From positions 1-26,665 of the forward strand of contig JBBIRR010000050.1 of assembly GCA_037441705.1 (NCBI GenBank): a stretch of 26,665 bases of DNA, in the 5' to 3' direction. Position numbers and translations under genes: made by a program. The notes under the pieces were generated by a model. It ran no database searches, was not told the DNA's origin, and saw only the letters and a program-made list of their open reading frames with translations. This DNA is from Ignavibacteriales bacterium. GTDB lineage: Bacteria; Bacteroidota; Ignavibacteria; UBA10030; UBA6906. This document shows, piece by piece, positions 9,824 to 19,050 of this stretch (position 1 is the first letter of the stretch; each line of letters starts with the position of its first letter).

Positions 9824-9942
9824 GATGCACCTTTCTCAATCAGGAAACGAATTATGGCAACACAACACTCGGCGTAAACGCATACGCGGAACGCAATGGC
9901 AGCAAGCGACGGATGAGCGTGGAGGTATGGGGACGTGTGAGA

Positions 9943-10920
9943 TCAGTAGAAATCAATTTCCGACGAACCGCCAACATTGATGCGCTTGTAATTCCCCTTT
10001 ACGATAGAACCGTTCCCCACAATCGAATTGTCGAGCAAGGCACGATGCACCTGCGCTTCCTCGCTGATGATCGAATTCCGAACAACCGATTCTGTCACAA
10101 TTGCTCGATCGCCGACCGTCGTGTACGGCCCGATGACGCAGTTTTTGAGTTGGGCTGTCCGGGCGATATAGACCGGCTCGTTGATGACGACGCCGGGCAG
10201 CGACCGGGGGACGGAATGTTTTTCCAGCAGGGCACGATTGGTCGAGAGCAGCGTTTCAGGCTTCCCGCAATCGTACCACCCCTCCACAGGAAACGTAGTC
10301 ATCTTTTCTCCGCGGGAGAGCATCATCTGCAACGCGTCGGTAAGCTGATATTCTCCTCTGGTGCGGATGTCCTTCTCCACAAGGTCACGCAAGCAGGAAA
10401 CGAGCAACGGCGTGTTCTTGATAAAATACAAACCCACCAGCGCAAGGTTCGTGGTGGGCTGCTCCGGCTTTTCCACCAATCGCGTCACGTACCCATTGCT
10501 CGTCTCTGCCACACCAAACCGCCGTGGGTCTTCAACCACCTTCACGCCGATCGAGGAGGTCGGCGATGTGAGAACGGGGCCCAGCTCCACATCAAAAATT
10601 GTGTCGCCGAGAACGATCAGGACGGAGTCCGTCCCCATCGTTTCGCGCGCGAGATAAATCGCATGGCCCAGTCCCAGCGTTTCTTCCTGCTCAACGAAAT
10701 CAAACCGAAAGTTCGGATACGACCTGAGCAAATGCTCGCGAATCATCTCCCCCATATGCCCGATGACAATCGTCGCTTCGTTGATCCCCTCGTGACGAAT
10801 CTTGTCCAGAATGTGGTACAGAATGGGCTTGCCGGCGACATTCAGGAGAACTTTCGGGATGGCGTAGGTATGAGGTCGTAGTCTCGTTCCTATTCCCGCA
10901 ACAGGAATGATTGCGCGCAT
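9943..10920 (-). CDS. Sugar-phosphate nucleotidyltransferase (glucose-1-phosphate thymidylyltransferase-like, long form with left-handed beta-helix tail)
   Basis: AIIPVAGIGTRLRPHT..PK, LGLGHA, LVEKP, GEYQLTDAL, WYDCG, and a hexapeptide-repeat C-terminus. Confidence 0.9.
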   Translation of the reverse strand: MRAIIPVAGIGTRLRPHTYAIPKVLLNVAGKPILYHILDKIRHEGINEATIVIGHMGEMIREHLLRSYPNFRFDFVEQEETLGLGHAIYLARETMGTDSVLIVLGDTIFDVELGPVLTSPTSSIGVKVVEDPRRFGVAETSNGYVTRLVEKPEQPTTNLALVGLYFIKNTPLLVSCLRDLVEKDIRTRGEYQLTDALQMMLSRGEKMTTFPVEGWYDCGKPETLLSTNRALLEKHSVPRSLPGVVINEPVYIARTAQLKNCVIGPYTTVGDRAIVTESVVRNSIISEEAQVHRALLDNSIVGNGSIVKGNYKRINVGGSSEIDFY

Positions 10921-10969
10921 GCTGGGCTGTCGTTGGCAAGAATGATGGCTGCTTCGATTTTTGTGCGTT

Positions 10970-11000
10970 CAAAGTTACGCAACAATGGTTAGAGAATCAA
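10970..11000 (-). promoter_or_regulatory. Putative primary-sigma promoter for nucleotidyltransferase-metK-ahcY
   Basis: Minus strand TTGATT, 17 nt, TAACTTTG; the -10 region matches the Bacteroidota-type TAnnTTTG. Confidence 0.55.
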
Positions 11001-11033
11001 GGAATGGTGCTGCGCGGATGGTCTCAACCAACA

Positions 11034-13445
11034 TCACTCCTTCCTCCTGACTGCCTCCTCGTGCGAGATGACCCGCGGATTGTTGTAGAGTCCCCTGATC
11101 TGCTCGGGAGTGTTGTGCATATCCACCGAACGATACCACATCATGAACCATGTCCACATCGGTTGTTGTGAGAGGATTGTAGCGGACGGCGCTTCGCCAA
11201 TCTCTCCCATTGCTATGGGTTTGCCCTGCGATAATTCCAGCAGGCGGTCATGATGAATCTGCCGGTAATCATTGTGGTAAATATCCGCTGCCAGCACGTC
11301 AACGCAATCGAGACCCGGGAAATAGTCGTCATACGCATAGGCTTCGTCATCAATCAACTGTCGCGGGGCATTGGCATTCCATACCCAGAGAAGATTGTCG
11401 AGGTGATGGTCATTCACGTAGCGCTCGAACATCATTCTGAAGAGTTTTGCCGAGCCGTTGCCTCCTTTTCTGTTGCCCCACCAAAACCAAACGCCATTGG
11501 ACTCGTGATACGGCCGCCACAGAACCGGAACGCGAAGGCGTTTCAGCTTCATCAGGATCTCGGCGATCCTGTCAACCTCTTCCAGCCAGCGTCGGTGCAG
11601 CAGCGTGCCCGGAGTTGTCAGCTCTTGCCATTCTGCATCGGAGAGCTTGCCCTGAATGCTTTCCTTCCAGTCGTAGGGCGGATCGTCCTTGGGACGACCC
11701 TGGTGCCACATCAACGTAATGAGGTATCCCGCCTTGTGCTTCGCATAGGCTTCCTGGACAATCGAGTCGGCATTGCCCGGGGTTCGGTAGTAGTCGATCA
11801 GGTCGCAGCCCCAGAGTGCGGGAAGCTTCCCCGTCAGCTCCTGCACTCGACGCGCGTCTTCATCGGCGGTTTGGATGAAGTTCATGTACCCGCTGATGAT
11901 CTTCTTGCCTTGAACGGTGTACAGATAGTCCAGCACGGCTTTCGCCTCATGCGTCGCGTTCGGGTTAACCGGTTCGTACCGACGCAACCCTTCCATGACA
12001 GTCCTGCGCTTGAGCGCGTTGATGCAGTTGATCAGTGCCCTGGATGTGTGGTAGTTTGCCTTCCAGAGCGATGCCTTGGGCGAGTGAACATTCTCCGGGG
12101 CAGCATCGGTGCCGCCCCAATACCAGCCGCCGCGTTCGTTATCAATCACATATCTCTTACAATACTCCCATTGCGCGCGGAATCTCTCAAAGTAGCGACG
12201 GCCATCCGTCGGAAACAGATCGGAGAGCAGGAGCAGCGCATTCAATGCTTCTGCCTGTATCCACCACTGTTTTGTCCCGCGCACGAGAAGCGGCTTCGTT
12301 GCATCCGAAACATCATGCGCGGCGTCGAGGAAACCTCCGTGCTGATGATCCCACCCATTATCTAACGCATAGTTCACCAGCTTCCTTGCATCCGAAACAT
12401 CATGCGCGGCGTCGAGGAAACCTCCGTGCTGATGATCCCACCCATTATCTAACGCATAGTTCACCAGGTTCCTTGCAGCATGAAGAGTCGTGGAATCGTT
12501 CTTCAGCCCGAGAGCCTCTGCTGCTTCTATCATCAGATACGCGGCTTCGATACAGTGTCCGAAGGAAATCAAACCGCTCGTAGTATTTTCTGCGCGGGCG
12601 TCTGGTGTCGCCACAGGAGAGAACGCCGGACGCCAGTCTCGATGAAACGACGGAATGAGGTATCCCTTCTCCGCAATCATCCTCTCCTGCATGATTCGCA
12701 ACAACGAGGAGAGTCGTTGTCGCAGCACAGGATCGGGCCACACACGAAACAATTCCGTCAAGCCTTCGAGAAGATGCATGCAGGAACTTGCATCTTTGGG
12801 CGGAGACCTGTCCACGCCTTCTTCAAATGCATGACCATCCTCGGCCATGTACTGAAAATAGCCGTCGTATGTAGGATCGTAGCTGTGCTTCTCGAGCCAG
12901 CGAAACGTCTGGCGTGCAAGGCTGAGCGCGGCAGTGTCGCCGGAGACGCGATAATACATTGCGAGAGCGTAGATGGCGTAGGCATTACCATCCGCACGTT
13001 TGATGAAGCGGCCGCTCTCCTGGAGTGGTTCTCCGCAGCGATCAACCAACGTCCAGAAGCCGCCGTGTTGGTTATCCCACATCGTACTTCTCAAAAACTC
13101 AACGCCGTGCGCTGCGATGCGACGCAACGTGTTGTCCTTCTCATAAAAAGCTGCTGCATTCGCCGCAGCCCAGATGTGACGTGCCTGGGTTACGATCATC
13201 TTGTGCTGCTTGCCCTCCACCTCCCAATGCTCGTTGATGTCGCTGAAGAGTCCTCCGCACGCCGTATCGAGCGCACGGGGATACCAGCGACCCATCTCGT
13301 GGTCGAGAGCCTGACGCATTTCACGGGCGATTGTTCTTCGCTCCATCACCGAGTCCGTTTGCGCCATCTGTGCAAGACTCAAGGCTGAGAAGAATGAGAG
13401 AGGAAAAAACACGAGTGCTACAAGAGTTCGGGGCATGACAGGCAT
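11034..13445 (-). CDS. Secreted fusion: AGE-family (cellobiose 2-epimerase-like) domain + GH26 beta-mannanase
   Basis: Signal peptide. AGE motifs QARHIW, MHLLE, SFGHCIE, WWIQAE, WKANYH. GH26 motifs PVNPNAT, ITLMWH, WRPYHESNGVWFWWG (acid/base Glu), DVLAADIY, KPIAMGEIG (nucleophile Glu). Alternative start 13436. Confidence 0.88.
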   Translation of the reverse strand: MPVMPRTLVALVFFPLSFFSALSLAQMAQTDSVMERRTIAREMRQALDHEMGRWYPRALDTACGGLFSDINEHWEVEGKQHKMIVTQARHIWAAANAAAFYEKDNTLRRIAAHGVEFLRSTMWDNQHGGFWTLVDRCGEPLQESGRFIKRADGNAYAIYALAMYYRVSGDTAALSLARQTFRWLEKHSYDPTYDGYFQYMAEDGHAFEEGVDRSPPKDASSCMHLLEGLTELFRVWPDPVLRQRLSSLLRIMQERMIAEKGYLIPSFHRDWRPAFSPVATPDARAENTTSGLISFGHCIEAAYLMIEAAEALGLKNDSTTLHAARNLVNYALDNGWDHQHGGFLDAAHDVSDARKLVNYALDNGWDHQHGGFLDAAHDVSDATKPLLVRGTKQWWIQAEALNALLLLSDLFPTDGRRYFERFRAQWEYCKRYVIDNERGGWYWGGTDAAPENVHSPKASLWKANYHTSRALINCINALKRRTVMEGLRRYEPVNPNATHEAKAVLDYLYTVQGKKIISGYMNFIQTADEDARRVQELTGKLPALWGCDLIDYYRTPGNADSIVQEAYAKHKAGYLITLMWHQGRPKDDPPYDWKESIQGKLSDAEWQELTTPGTLLHRRWLEEVDRIAEILMKLKRLRVPVLWRPYHESNGVWFWWGNRKGGNGSAKLFRMMFERYVNDHHLDNLLWVWNANAPRQLIDDEAYAYDDYFPGLDCVDVLAADIYHNDYRQIHHDRLLELSQGKPIAMGEIGEAPSATILSQQPMWTWFMMWYRSVDMHNTPEQIRGLYNNPRVISHEEAVRRKE
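12299..12477. repeat. 87-bp tandem duplication (2 copies, 1 mismatch) within the AGE domain
   Basis: 12299-12385 and 12386-12472 are identical except C12381/G12468, followed by TTGCA (12473-12477). Duplicates 29 aa (LVNYALDNGWDHQHGGFLDAAHDVSDA...). Confidence 0.95.
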
Positions 13446-13517
13446 TTCCGATAATGAGTCTGAACGCCACGAGACAATTCCGGCAAGATGGATTCTCTCA
13501 CCAGGGTCGCGCTCGCA

Positions 13518-14060
13518 TCAGTTCCAGAGCGCGTTCACAATCCACACCGAGGCAAGAATGCTTGCAACGTCGGCAACAATTCCCGCCGGCACCGCATGGC
13601 GTGTTTTGCTGATGGAGACCGAGCCGAAATACACCGCCAGGACGTAGAACGTCGTCTCGCCGCTTCCCATCATCACGCTTACCATCCGCCCGATAAGGGA
13701 ATCGGGACCGTGGGCTGTGATAATCTCGGACATCACGCCGAGCGCACCGCTGCCCGAGAGCGGGCGCATCAACGCCATCGGAATTGTCTCCGCCGGCATG
13801 CCGATGAGCGAGGTGACGGGCGAAAGCAAAGCGCTCAGGATGCTCATGGCACCGCCTGCGCGGAACACCCCGATGGCGACGAGCATCGCAACCAGATAGG
13901 GAATGATCCGGACCGCAACATTGAAGCCTTCCTTTGCACCTTCCACGAACGCCTCGTACACGTTCACCTTCCTGATTGCCCCATAGATGATCACAAACAC
14001 GACAAGCGCCGGAATGGCAAAGATCGAGATTGCCTGAACAAGATTGAGCACTGCCGTCAT
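13518..14060 (-). CDS. spmB: Spore maturation protein B-like membrane protein (nucleoside recognition/gate domain)
   Basis: KVNVYEAFVEGAKEGF, LMRPLSGSGA, ETTFYVLAVYFGSV. Start ATG 14060 overlaps the spmA stop (ATGA). Confidence 0.9.
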   Translation of the reverse strand: MTAVLNLVQAISIFAIPALVVFVIIYGAIRKVNVYEAFVEGAKEGFNVAVRIIPYLVAMLVAIGVFRAGGAMSILSALLSPVTSLIGMPAETIPMALMRPLSGSGALGVMSEIITAHGPDSLIGRMVSVMMGSGETTFYVLAVYFGSVSISKTRHAVPAGIVADVASILASVWIVNALWN

Positions 14061-14701
14061 GCAACCTCCGCTTGCCGTTTGTACACAGGAAGTTTTGCCA
14101 GAAGCTTCACCACCACAATGCCTATGACGGTGGAGATGGTAGTGGCAAGAACGGCAGGACCGAGAATCTCCGTAGGGTTGCTCGACCCCGCAGCAGCGCG
14201 CACAGCAATCACCGTTGCCGGTATGATCTGCACGTTGCTGGTGTTGATGACAAGGAACGTACACATGGCATCCGTGGCAGTGCCGACCTTCTTGTTCAGC
14301 TTGTTCAACTCTTCCATTGCTTTGAGTCCCAGCGGTGTTGCTGCGTTGGACAGTCCCAGCATGTTGGCCGAGATGTTCATGATCATCGCTCCCATGGCCG
14401 GATGCTCGGCGGGAACGTCGGGAAAGAGTCGCGTGGTGATCGGCTTCAACGCTGCAGCGAGCGCTTTGATCAGCCCGGCTTGCTCGGCAATCTTCATGAT
14501 GCCCAACCACAAGGCCATGATGCCGATGAGACCGATGCTGATGGTTACGGCAGTTTTAGCCGAACCGATGATGCCCTCGTTGGTAACCTTGCTAAGCGTG
14601 GGATATGCGGCAGTGTTCGGGTCGGCAGGCAGTGTCACATCGTTGTACACCGCCACGCCCACACCAATCAGAATAAGCGCAAGCCAGATGTAGTTGAGCA
14701 T
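14057..14701 (-). CDS. spmA: Spore maturation protein A-like membrane protein
   Basis: MLNYIW, LWLGIMKIAE, LFPDVP..HPAMG, ANMLGLSNAATPLGLKAMEEL, FLVINTS. Confidence 0.92.
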   Translation of the reverse strand: MLNYIWLALILIGVGVAVYNDVTLPADPNTAAYPTLSKVTNEGIIGSAKTAVTISIGLIGIMALWLGIMKIAEQAGLIKALAAALKPITTRLFPDVPAEHPAMGAMIMNISANMLGLSNAATPLGLKAMEELNKLNKKVGTATDAMCTFLVINTSNVQIIPATVIAVRAAAGSSNPTEILGPAVLATTISTVIGIVVVKLLAKLPVYKRQAEVA

Positions 14702-14763
14702 GGGACGTCTCTGAAGATGATGTTGATTGTGTCCTGCAGGAGTTGTGTATGATGCTGCTGCGT

Positions 14764-15384
14764 TTAGAACCTCACTCGCAGCGAGAGACCCACGCCGGCG
14801 CGGGGCGGCGGCGACATCTGCGGCAGCACGCGCAGGGACAGGTCATCTCCCACATTGAAGTCGTACAGACTCGCATCCACGTATGCATCGACGAGATTCA
14901 CAAGGTAGTAGATGAAGATGTACCATGAGAATGTGTCGCGCTGATCCTTGTAGAACTCACGTAGCTGGAGATACCTCCCGTCGCCGTTGGGGGATTGCGG
15001 GGTGACGCTCTCGGCGAACAGCCTTCTGTAGTGCCGGGTGCTGTCGTTCAACTCGATCCAGTTCGACGCAAAGTAATATCCGAAGCCGAGCACGATGGGA
15101 ATCTTCCAGTACGACTCATTATAGAATTGGCCCGCGCCCGGCAGCGCGGCAGAAAGAAGAAGTGCGAGCAAGGGCGACTTCGTCTCCCGGTAGCCACCCG
15201 CAAGCGTATCCTTCTTTTGGGCTGCGGCGAGAAGGGTGACGACGGAGGAATCCTCGTGTGCAGCAGGGCCAACGATGTGGAGAGAATCGAGGCGGAGGCG
15301 CGACACCGTGTCGGGCTGCGCCTGCGACAGAGCAGTGCCGCCAAGCAGGACAAGCGTCACGCATGTCACCGCTGCGCGCTTCAT
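14764..15384 (-). CDS. DUF5683-like exported/membrane protein
   Basis: Signal peptide from ATG 15384; 'KSP..A.LLSA.LPGAGQFYN..YWKIP' and 'NLVDAYVDA.L..F.V...LSL'. Confidence 0.75.
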   Translation of the reverse strand: MKRAAVTCVTLVLLGGTALSQAQPDTVSRLRLDSLHIVGPAAHEDSSVVTLLAAAQKKDTLAGGYRETKSPLLALLLSAALPGAGQFYNESYWKIPIVLGFGYYFASNWIELNDSTRHYRRLFAESVTPQSPNGDGRYLQLREFYKDQRDTFSWYIFIYYLVNLVDAYVDASLYDFNVGDDLSLRVLPQMSPPPRAGVGLSLRVRF

Positions 15385-15391
15385 CGCGGTG

Positions 15392-15793
15392 TTATGATTG
15401 TTCGGGCGTCTCGACCAAAGCAATCGCTTCGATCTCGACGCGCACATCCCGCGGCAGACGTGCAACTTCCACCGTCGAGCGTGCCGGCGGGCTTTCGTTG
15501 AAGTACTCGCCGTACACCTCGTTCATCATTACAAACTCATTCATGTCCTTCAGGAACACCGTGGTCTTGACGACATGCCGCAGGTCGGTACCTGCTGCTT
15601 CGAGGATCGCCTTGAGGTTCTCGATCGCGCGCCGGGTTTGCACTTTGATGTCGCCTTCAACGACCTGCCCGGTTGCAGGATCAATCGCTATCTGCCCTGC
15701 AGTGAAGAGCAAGCGATCGTTACCCAGCACAGCCTGGCTGTACGGACCGATTGCAGCAGGCGCCTTCGGTGTACTGATAACTTTTTTCTTCAT
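15392..15793 (-). CDS. ridA: RidA/YjgF/YER057c family reactive intermediate deaminase
   Basis: [40 protein letters not shown]...VEIEAIA. Confidence 0.93.
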   Translation of the reverse strand: MKKKVISTPKAPAAIGPYSQAVLGNDRLLFTAGQIAIDPATGQVVEGDIKVQTRRAIENLKAILEAAGTDLRHVVKTTVFLKDMNEFVMMNEVYGEYFNESPPARSTVEVARLPRDVRVEIEAIALVETPEQS

Positions 15794-15804
15794 GGACCTT
15801 CGTA

Positions 15805-16707
15805 TTAGGGAGTGATGGTAGAGATCAACTCCAGGAGGCGATCCAAATCGTCAAGCGAATAGTATTCGATCACGATCTGCCCTTTCCCATCGGCCATGTT
15901 GCGAACTTCGACTTTTGTGCCCAGCTTCTGGCGGAGCTGTTCTTCGATCGTGGTGAGCGAACTGCTCGCTGCGCTGCGCGCCGCAGGTTTGCCTCGGCCC
16001 GCTTTCGCCGAGAGGGTGCGTACAGCGCTTTCCACCTGCCGTACCGAAAGCCCTTTGGCAATGATGCGTTCGAAGATGCGCATCTGCACCGCGGGGTCTT
16101 CGATCGTGATGAGCGCCCGCGCATGACCGGCACTCACCTCGCCTTTCCGCACCGCAGCTTGAATCCGCTCGGGCAGTTTGAGCAAGCGGAGGAAATTCAC
16201 GATGGTGGATCGGTCTTTGCCCGTCTTCTGTGCAACCTGATCGATCGAATAATGCAATTCCTCGGTCAACCGTCTGTAGGAAATGGCGATTTCGATCGGG
16301 TTGAGATTGGATCGCTGGAGGTTCTCGATCAACGCGAGTTCGAGAAGCTCCTCCCGCGAGTGAATGCGAATGATGAATGCAGGGATTTGGGTCAGGCCCG
16401 CCTCTTTCGCGGCACGCAGGCGCCGCTCGCCCGAAATCAGTTGATACCCGCCCTCCACGCGGCATACGGTGATCGGCTGGATGATGCCCTTTTCCTGAAT
16501 CGAGCGCTTGAGTTCATCCAGCTCAACGGGATCGAAGTCGGCCCGAGGCTGATAGGGATTTGGCTTGATCTTGTCGATGTCGATGCGGGCAATCGTATCG
16601 TGCGAGACGCCGTCATCCTGCCTGCCTGCGATGGATACCGGCGGCGTTGCACGGGGAATCAGCGACGCGAGGCCGCGACCGAGTACCGGTTTGCCTTTGG
16701 TGCTCAT
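15805..16707 (-). CDS. parB: Chromosome partitioning protein ParB/Spo0J
   Basis: [45 protein letters not shown]. Confidence 0.95.
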   Translation of the reverse strand: MSTKGKPVLGRGLASLIPRATPPVSIAGRQDDGVSHDTIARIDIDKIKPNPYQPRADFDPVELDELKRSIQEKGIIQPITVCRVEGGYQLISGERRLRAAKEAGLTQIPAFIIRIHSREELLELALIENLQRSNLNPIEIAISYRRLTEELHYSIDQVAQKTGKDRSTIVNFLRLLKLPERIQAAVRKGEVSAGHARALITIEDPAVQMRIFERIIAKGLSVRQVESAVRTLSAKAGRGKPAARSAASSSLTTIEEQLRQKLGTKVEVRNMADGKGQIVIEYYSLDDLDRLLELISTITP

Positions 16708-17513
16708 GCGTTCTTCACTCCATTCTGCACCGGGATAGCGTGAACACGGTGCTTGTTCTTCTGTAACAGTTCGTGTGCAAGATCCATGTAGTTGCGCGCC
16801 CCTTGCGAAAGCGCATCGTACAGGATGACGGGCTTGCCGTGACTCGGCGCTTCGCTCAAACGCACGTTCCGGCTGATGATGGTGCGAAACACTTTCTCGC
16901 CGAAGTACTTCTTCACTTCTTCAATCACCTGATTCGAGAGCCGCAAACGGCTGTCGTACATCGTCATGAGGACGCCTTCAATATCGAGCCGCTCGTTCAA
17001 CTGCTTCTTCACCATGTTGATGGTGTTGAGAAGCTGGCCCAACCCTTCGAGTGCGAAGTACTCGCACTGCACCGGAATGAGCACGGAGTCGGCTACCGTC
17101 AGCGCATTGAGCGTGATGAGTCCCAGCGACGGCGGGCAGTCAATGAACACGAAATCAAACTGCTCACGAATCGGATCGAGCGCTGCCCTCAGCCGCTTCT
17201 CCCGATCGTCTACCTCGACCATCTCCAACTCTGCTCCGACCAGATTGATGTGGGAAGGAATGAGCTGGAGAAACTCCATTTGCGTCGGCACGATGGCAGC
17301 GGTGGCAGGAAGGTTGCCCAGCATCAGCTCGTACGTGCTGCGGCCCTCGGCCGAGCCGTCGAACCCCAGCCCGCTCGTGGCGTTGGATTGCGGATCGATA
17401 TCAACAAGCAGCGTGCGCCGCTCCGCTGCGGCAATGCAGGCAGCAAGGTTGACCGCCGTGGTGGTTTTGCCCACGCCGCCTTTCTGGTTTGCTATGGTTA
17501 TGATTTTTCCCAA
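16704..17513 (-). CDS. parA: Chromosome partitioning ATPase ParA/Soj
   Basis: [52 protein letters not shown] start. Confidence 0.95.
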   Translation of the reverse strand: MGKIITIANQKGGVGKTTTAVNLAACIAAAERRTLLVDIDPQSNATSGLGFDGSAEGRSTYELMLGNLPATAAIVPTQMEFLQLIPSHINLVGAELEMVEVDDREKRLRAALDPIREQFDFVFIDCPPSLGLITLNALTVADSVLIPVQCEYFALEGLGQLLNTINMVKKQLNERLDIEGVLMTMYDSRLRLSNQVIEEVKKYFGEKVFRTIISRNVRLSEAPSHGKPVILYDALSQGARNYMDLAHELLQKNKHRVHAIPVQNGVKNA

Positions 17514-17532
17514 GTGATCTGCTTTCCTTCCG

Positions 17533-17994
17533 TTACGTCATACCGGCTGCCATGAGCACGGCAATAAGACCCAGCCCGACCGTCACTTTGCCAAGACGCA
17601 GCATCTGTCGGTAATACGGCAGCACATCCTTTTCGTCTTTCCCCTGCCGGAGGAACTCATCCACGCGAGTAAACATGCGCGCCGTGCCGTAGGCACACAC
17701 CACCATCGCAACGAACACAAGTTGCTTCAACCCTAACAACACCGACCACACATCCTGATATCGAAAAAAGACAAACCGGGGACTGAAGAGCATCAACGCT
17801 ACGCCGGTCACGAGTATCGTCCACACACTCATCCACACCAACGGACGAGCCGAAGCGATGGATTTTCGCGTTATCGCATCGGGAAGGCTCGCTTCATCTC
17901 CGCGCAGTGTTGCCGTCTGATACATCATTCCCCCCAACCAGGCAATCACGGCAACAAGATGCAAGCTTCGTACAGCCCACAGCAAAAAATCCAT
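17533..17994 (-). CDS. Four-TM membrane protein, CopD/DUF4149-like
   Basis: '[11 protein letters not shown]' first helix, 'TG..L', 'LGLKQL', four hydrophobic segments. Start moved to ATG 17994. Confidence 0.65.
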   Translation of the reverse strand: MDFLLWAVRSLHLVAVIAWLGGMMYQTATLRGDEASLPDAITRKSIASARPLVWMSVWTILVTGVALMLFSPRFVFFRYQDVWSVLLGLKQLVFVAMVVCAYGTARMFTRVDEFLRQGKDEKDVLPYYRQMLRLGKVTVGLGLIAVLMAAGMT

Positions 17995-18039
17995 GCAATG
18001 GCAGCGATATGAAACAACGTGAAACCTTTGGACGGGAAC

Positions 18040-18068
18040 AAGATACGCCTTTCGCCTCTGCTTTGCAA
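18040..18068 (-). promoter_or_regulatory. Putative promoter for the membrane protein-parA-parB run
   Basis: Minus strand TTGCAA, 17 nt, TATCTT. Confidence 0.5.
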
Positions 18069-18103
18069 TGCAGCCGCGTTTTCTTTCTCCGCGCCCGCGT
18101 CCG

Positions 18104-19033
18104 TCAGCCAAACTTCTCTCCCGAACGAATACGGTACCCTCGCAGAAATTCCTCCACCCGCATTCTTTTTCTGCCCTCTTGCTGCAGTTCTTCGATCGAG
18201 ATCAATGTGTCCGCTGTGGAGACAAGCAGCTGGTGTTCGGTAACATGAACGGTTCCTGGCTGGTCTCGCGCAGGCTCGTCCACAACTCTCGTACGAAAGA
18301 GCTTGATCACCCTGCCGTTGTGCATGGTGAATGCCGTAGGAGAGGGCGACAGGCCGCGCACGCGGTTGTGAATGTTCACCGCGGGCGTGTTCCAGACGAT
18401 TCGACAATCCTCTTTGAAAAGTTTTGGCGCCGCCGAGGCGTGCGATTCTTCCTGCTCGCGCGGCATCGCCTTGCCGTGTTCGATCAGGCGGATGGTGTGC
18501 AACAAAACCTCGGCGCCGATGGCAGCGAGTCGGTCGTGCAGCGTTCCCGCGTCGTCCTCCGGCAGGATCGGCGTGCGTGCCTGAAGCAGCACGCTGCCCG
18601 TGTCCACCTGTTCCTTCAAGAAGAATGTCGTGACGCCGGTTTCGGTCTCGCCGTTGATGATTGCCCAGTTGATGGGCGCGGCGCCGCGATATTTTGGCAG
18701 AAGTGACGCATGCAGATTGATGGAGCCAAGACGCGGAATCGTAAACACCTCCTTCGGCAGGATGCGGAACGCAACAACAACAATCAGGTCGGGCGCAAGC
18801 GACGCGATCTGCTGAACGAACGCCGGGTCTTTTAACGACGCGGGCTGAAGAACGGGCAGGCGATGTCGGAGGGCAACAGTCTTGATGGGTGTCGGACGCA
18901 CCTCCATCCCCCTTCCGCGCGGCTTGTCGGGCGCGGTGACGACTGCTTGAATGGGGTAGTTGGTGTTGATCAGGATTTCGAGGCTGGGCACCGCGAACTC
19001 CGGCGTGCCCATGAAAACAATGGTCGCAGCGAC
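18104..19033 (-). CDS. fmt: Methionyl-tRNA formyltransferase (start uncertain: first ATG 19012, likely true start slightly upstream)
   Basis: IVFMGTPEFA, VVTAPDKPRGRG, INLHASLLPKYRGAAPINWA, GVTTF, DTG. Confidence 0.93.
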   Translation of the reverse strand, partial: VAATIVFMGTPEFAVPSLEILINTNYPIQAVVTAPDKPRGRGMEVRPTPIKTVALRHRLPVLQPASLKDPAFVQQIASLAPDLIVVVAFRILPKEVFTIPRLGSINLHASLLPKYRGAAPINWAIINGETETGVTTFFLKEQVDTGSVLLQARTPILPEDDAGTLHDRLAAIGAEVLLHTIRLIEHGKAMPREQEESHASAAPKLFKEDCRIVWNTPAVNIHNRVRGLSPSPTAFTMHNGRVIKLFRTRVVDEPARDQPGTVHVTEHQLLVSTADTLISIEELQQEGRKRMRVEEFLRGYRIRSGEKFG

Positions 19034-19050
19034 GGGCCGTTCCTCCGAGA

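Noticed and set aside
9824-9942. Possible SAM or SAH riboswitch upstream of metK/ahcY
   Set aside because: I could not find SAM-I core motifs (AUC..GAG, GCAACC) or another recognisable aptamer, and the ahcY gap is only ~50 nt. A covariance-model scan would be decisive.
12299-12477. Direct repeat as a CRISPR array or DGR template/variable repeat
   Set aside because: Only two adjacent copies, no spacers, in-frame within a gene, one non-adenine mismatch, and no cas or reverse transcriptase gene.
14061-14510. N-terminal extension of the 330-aa ORF as an spmA-spmB fusion
   Set aside because: The extension is an off-frame reading of spmA; spmB starts at 14060 with a normal ATGA overlap.
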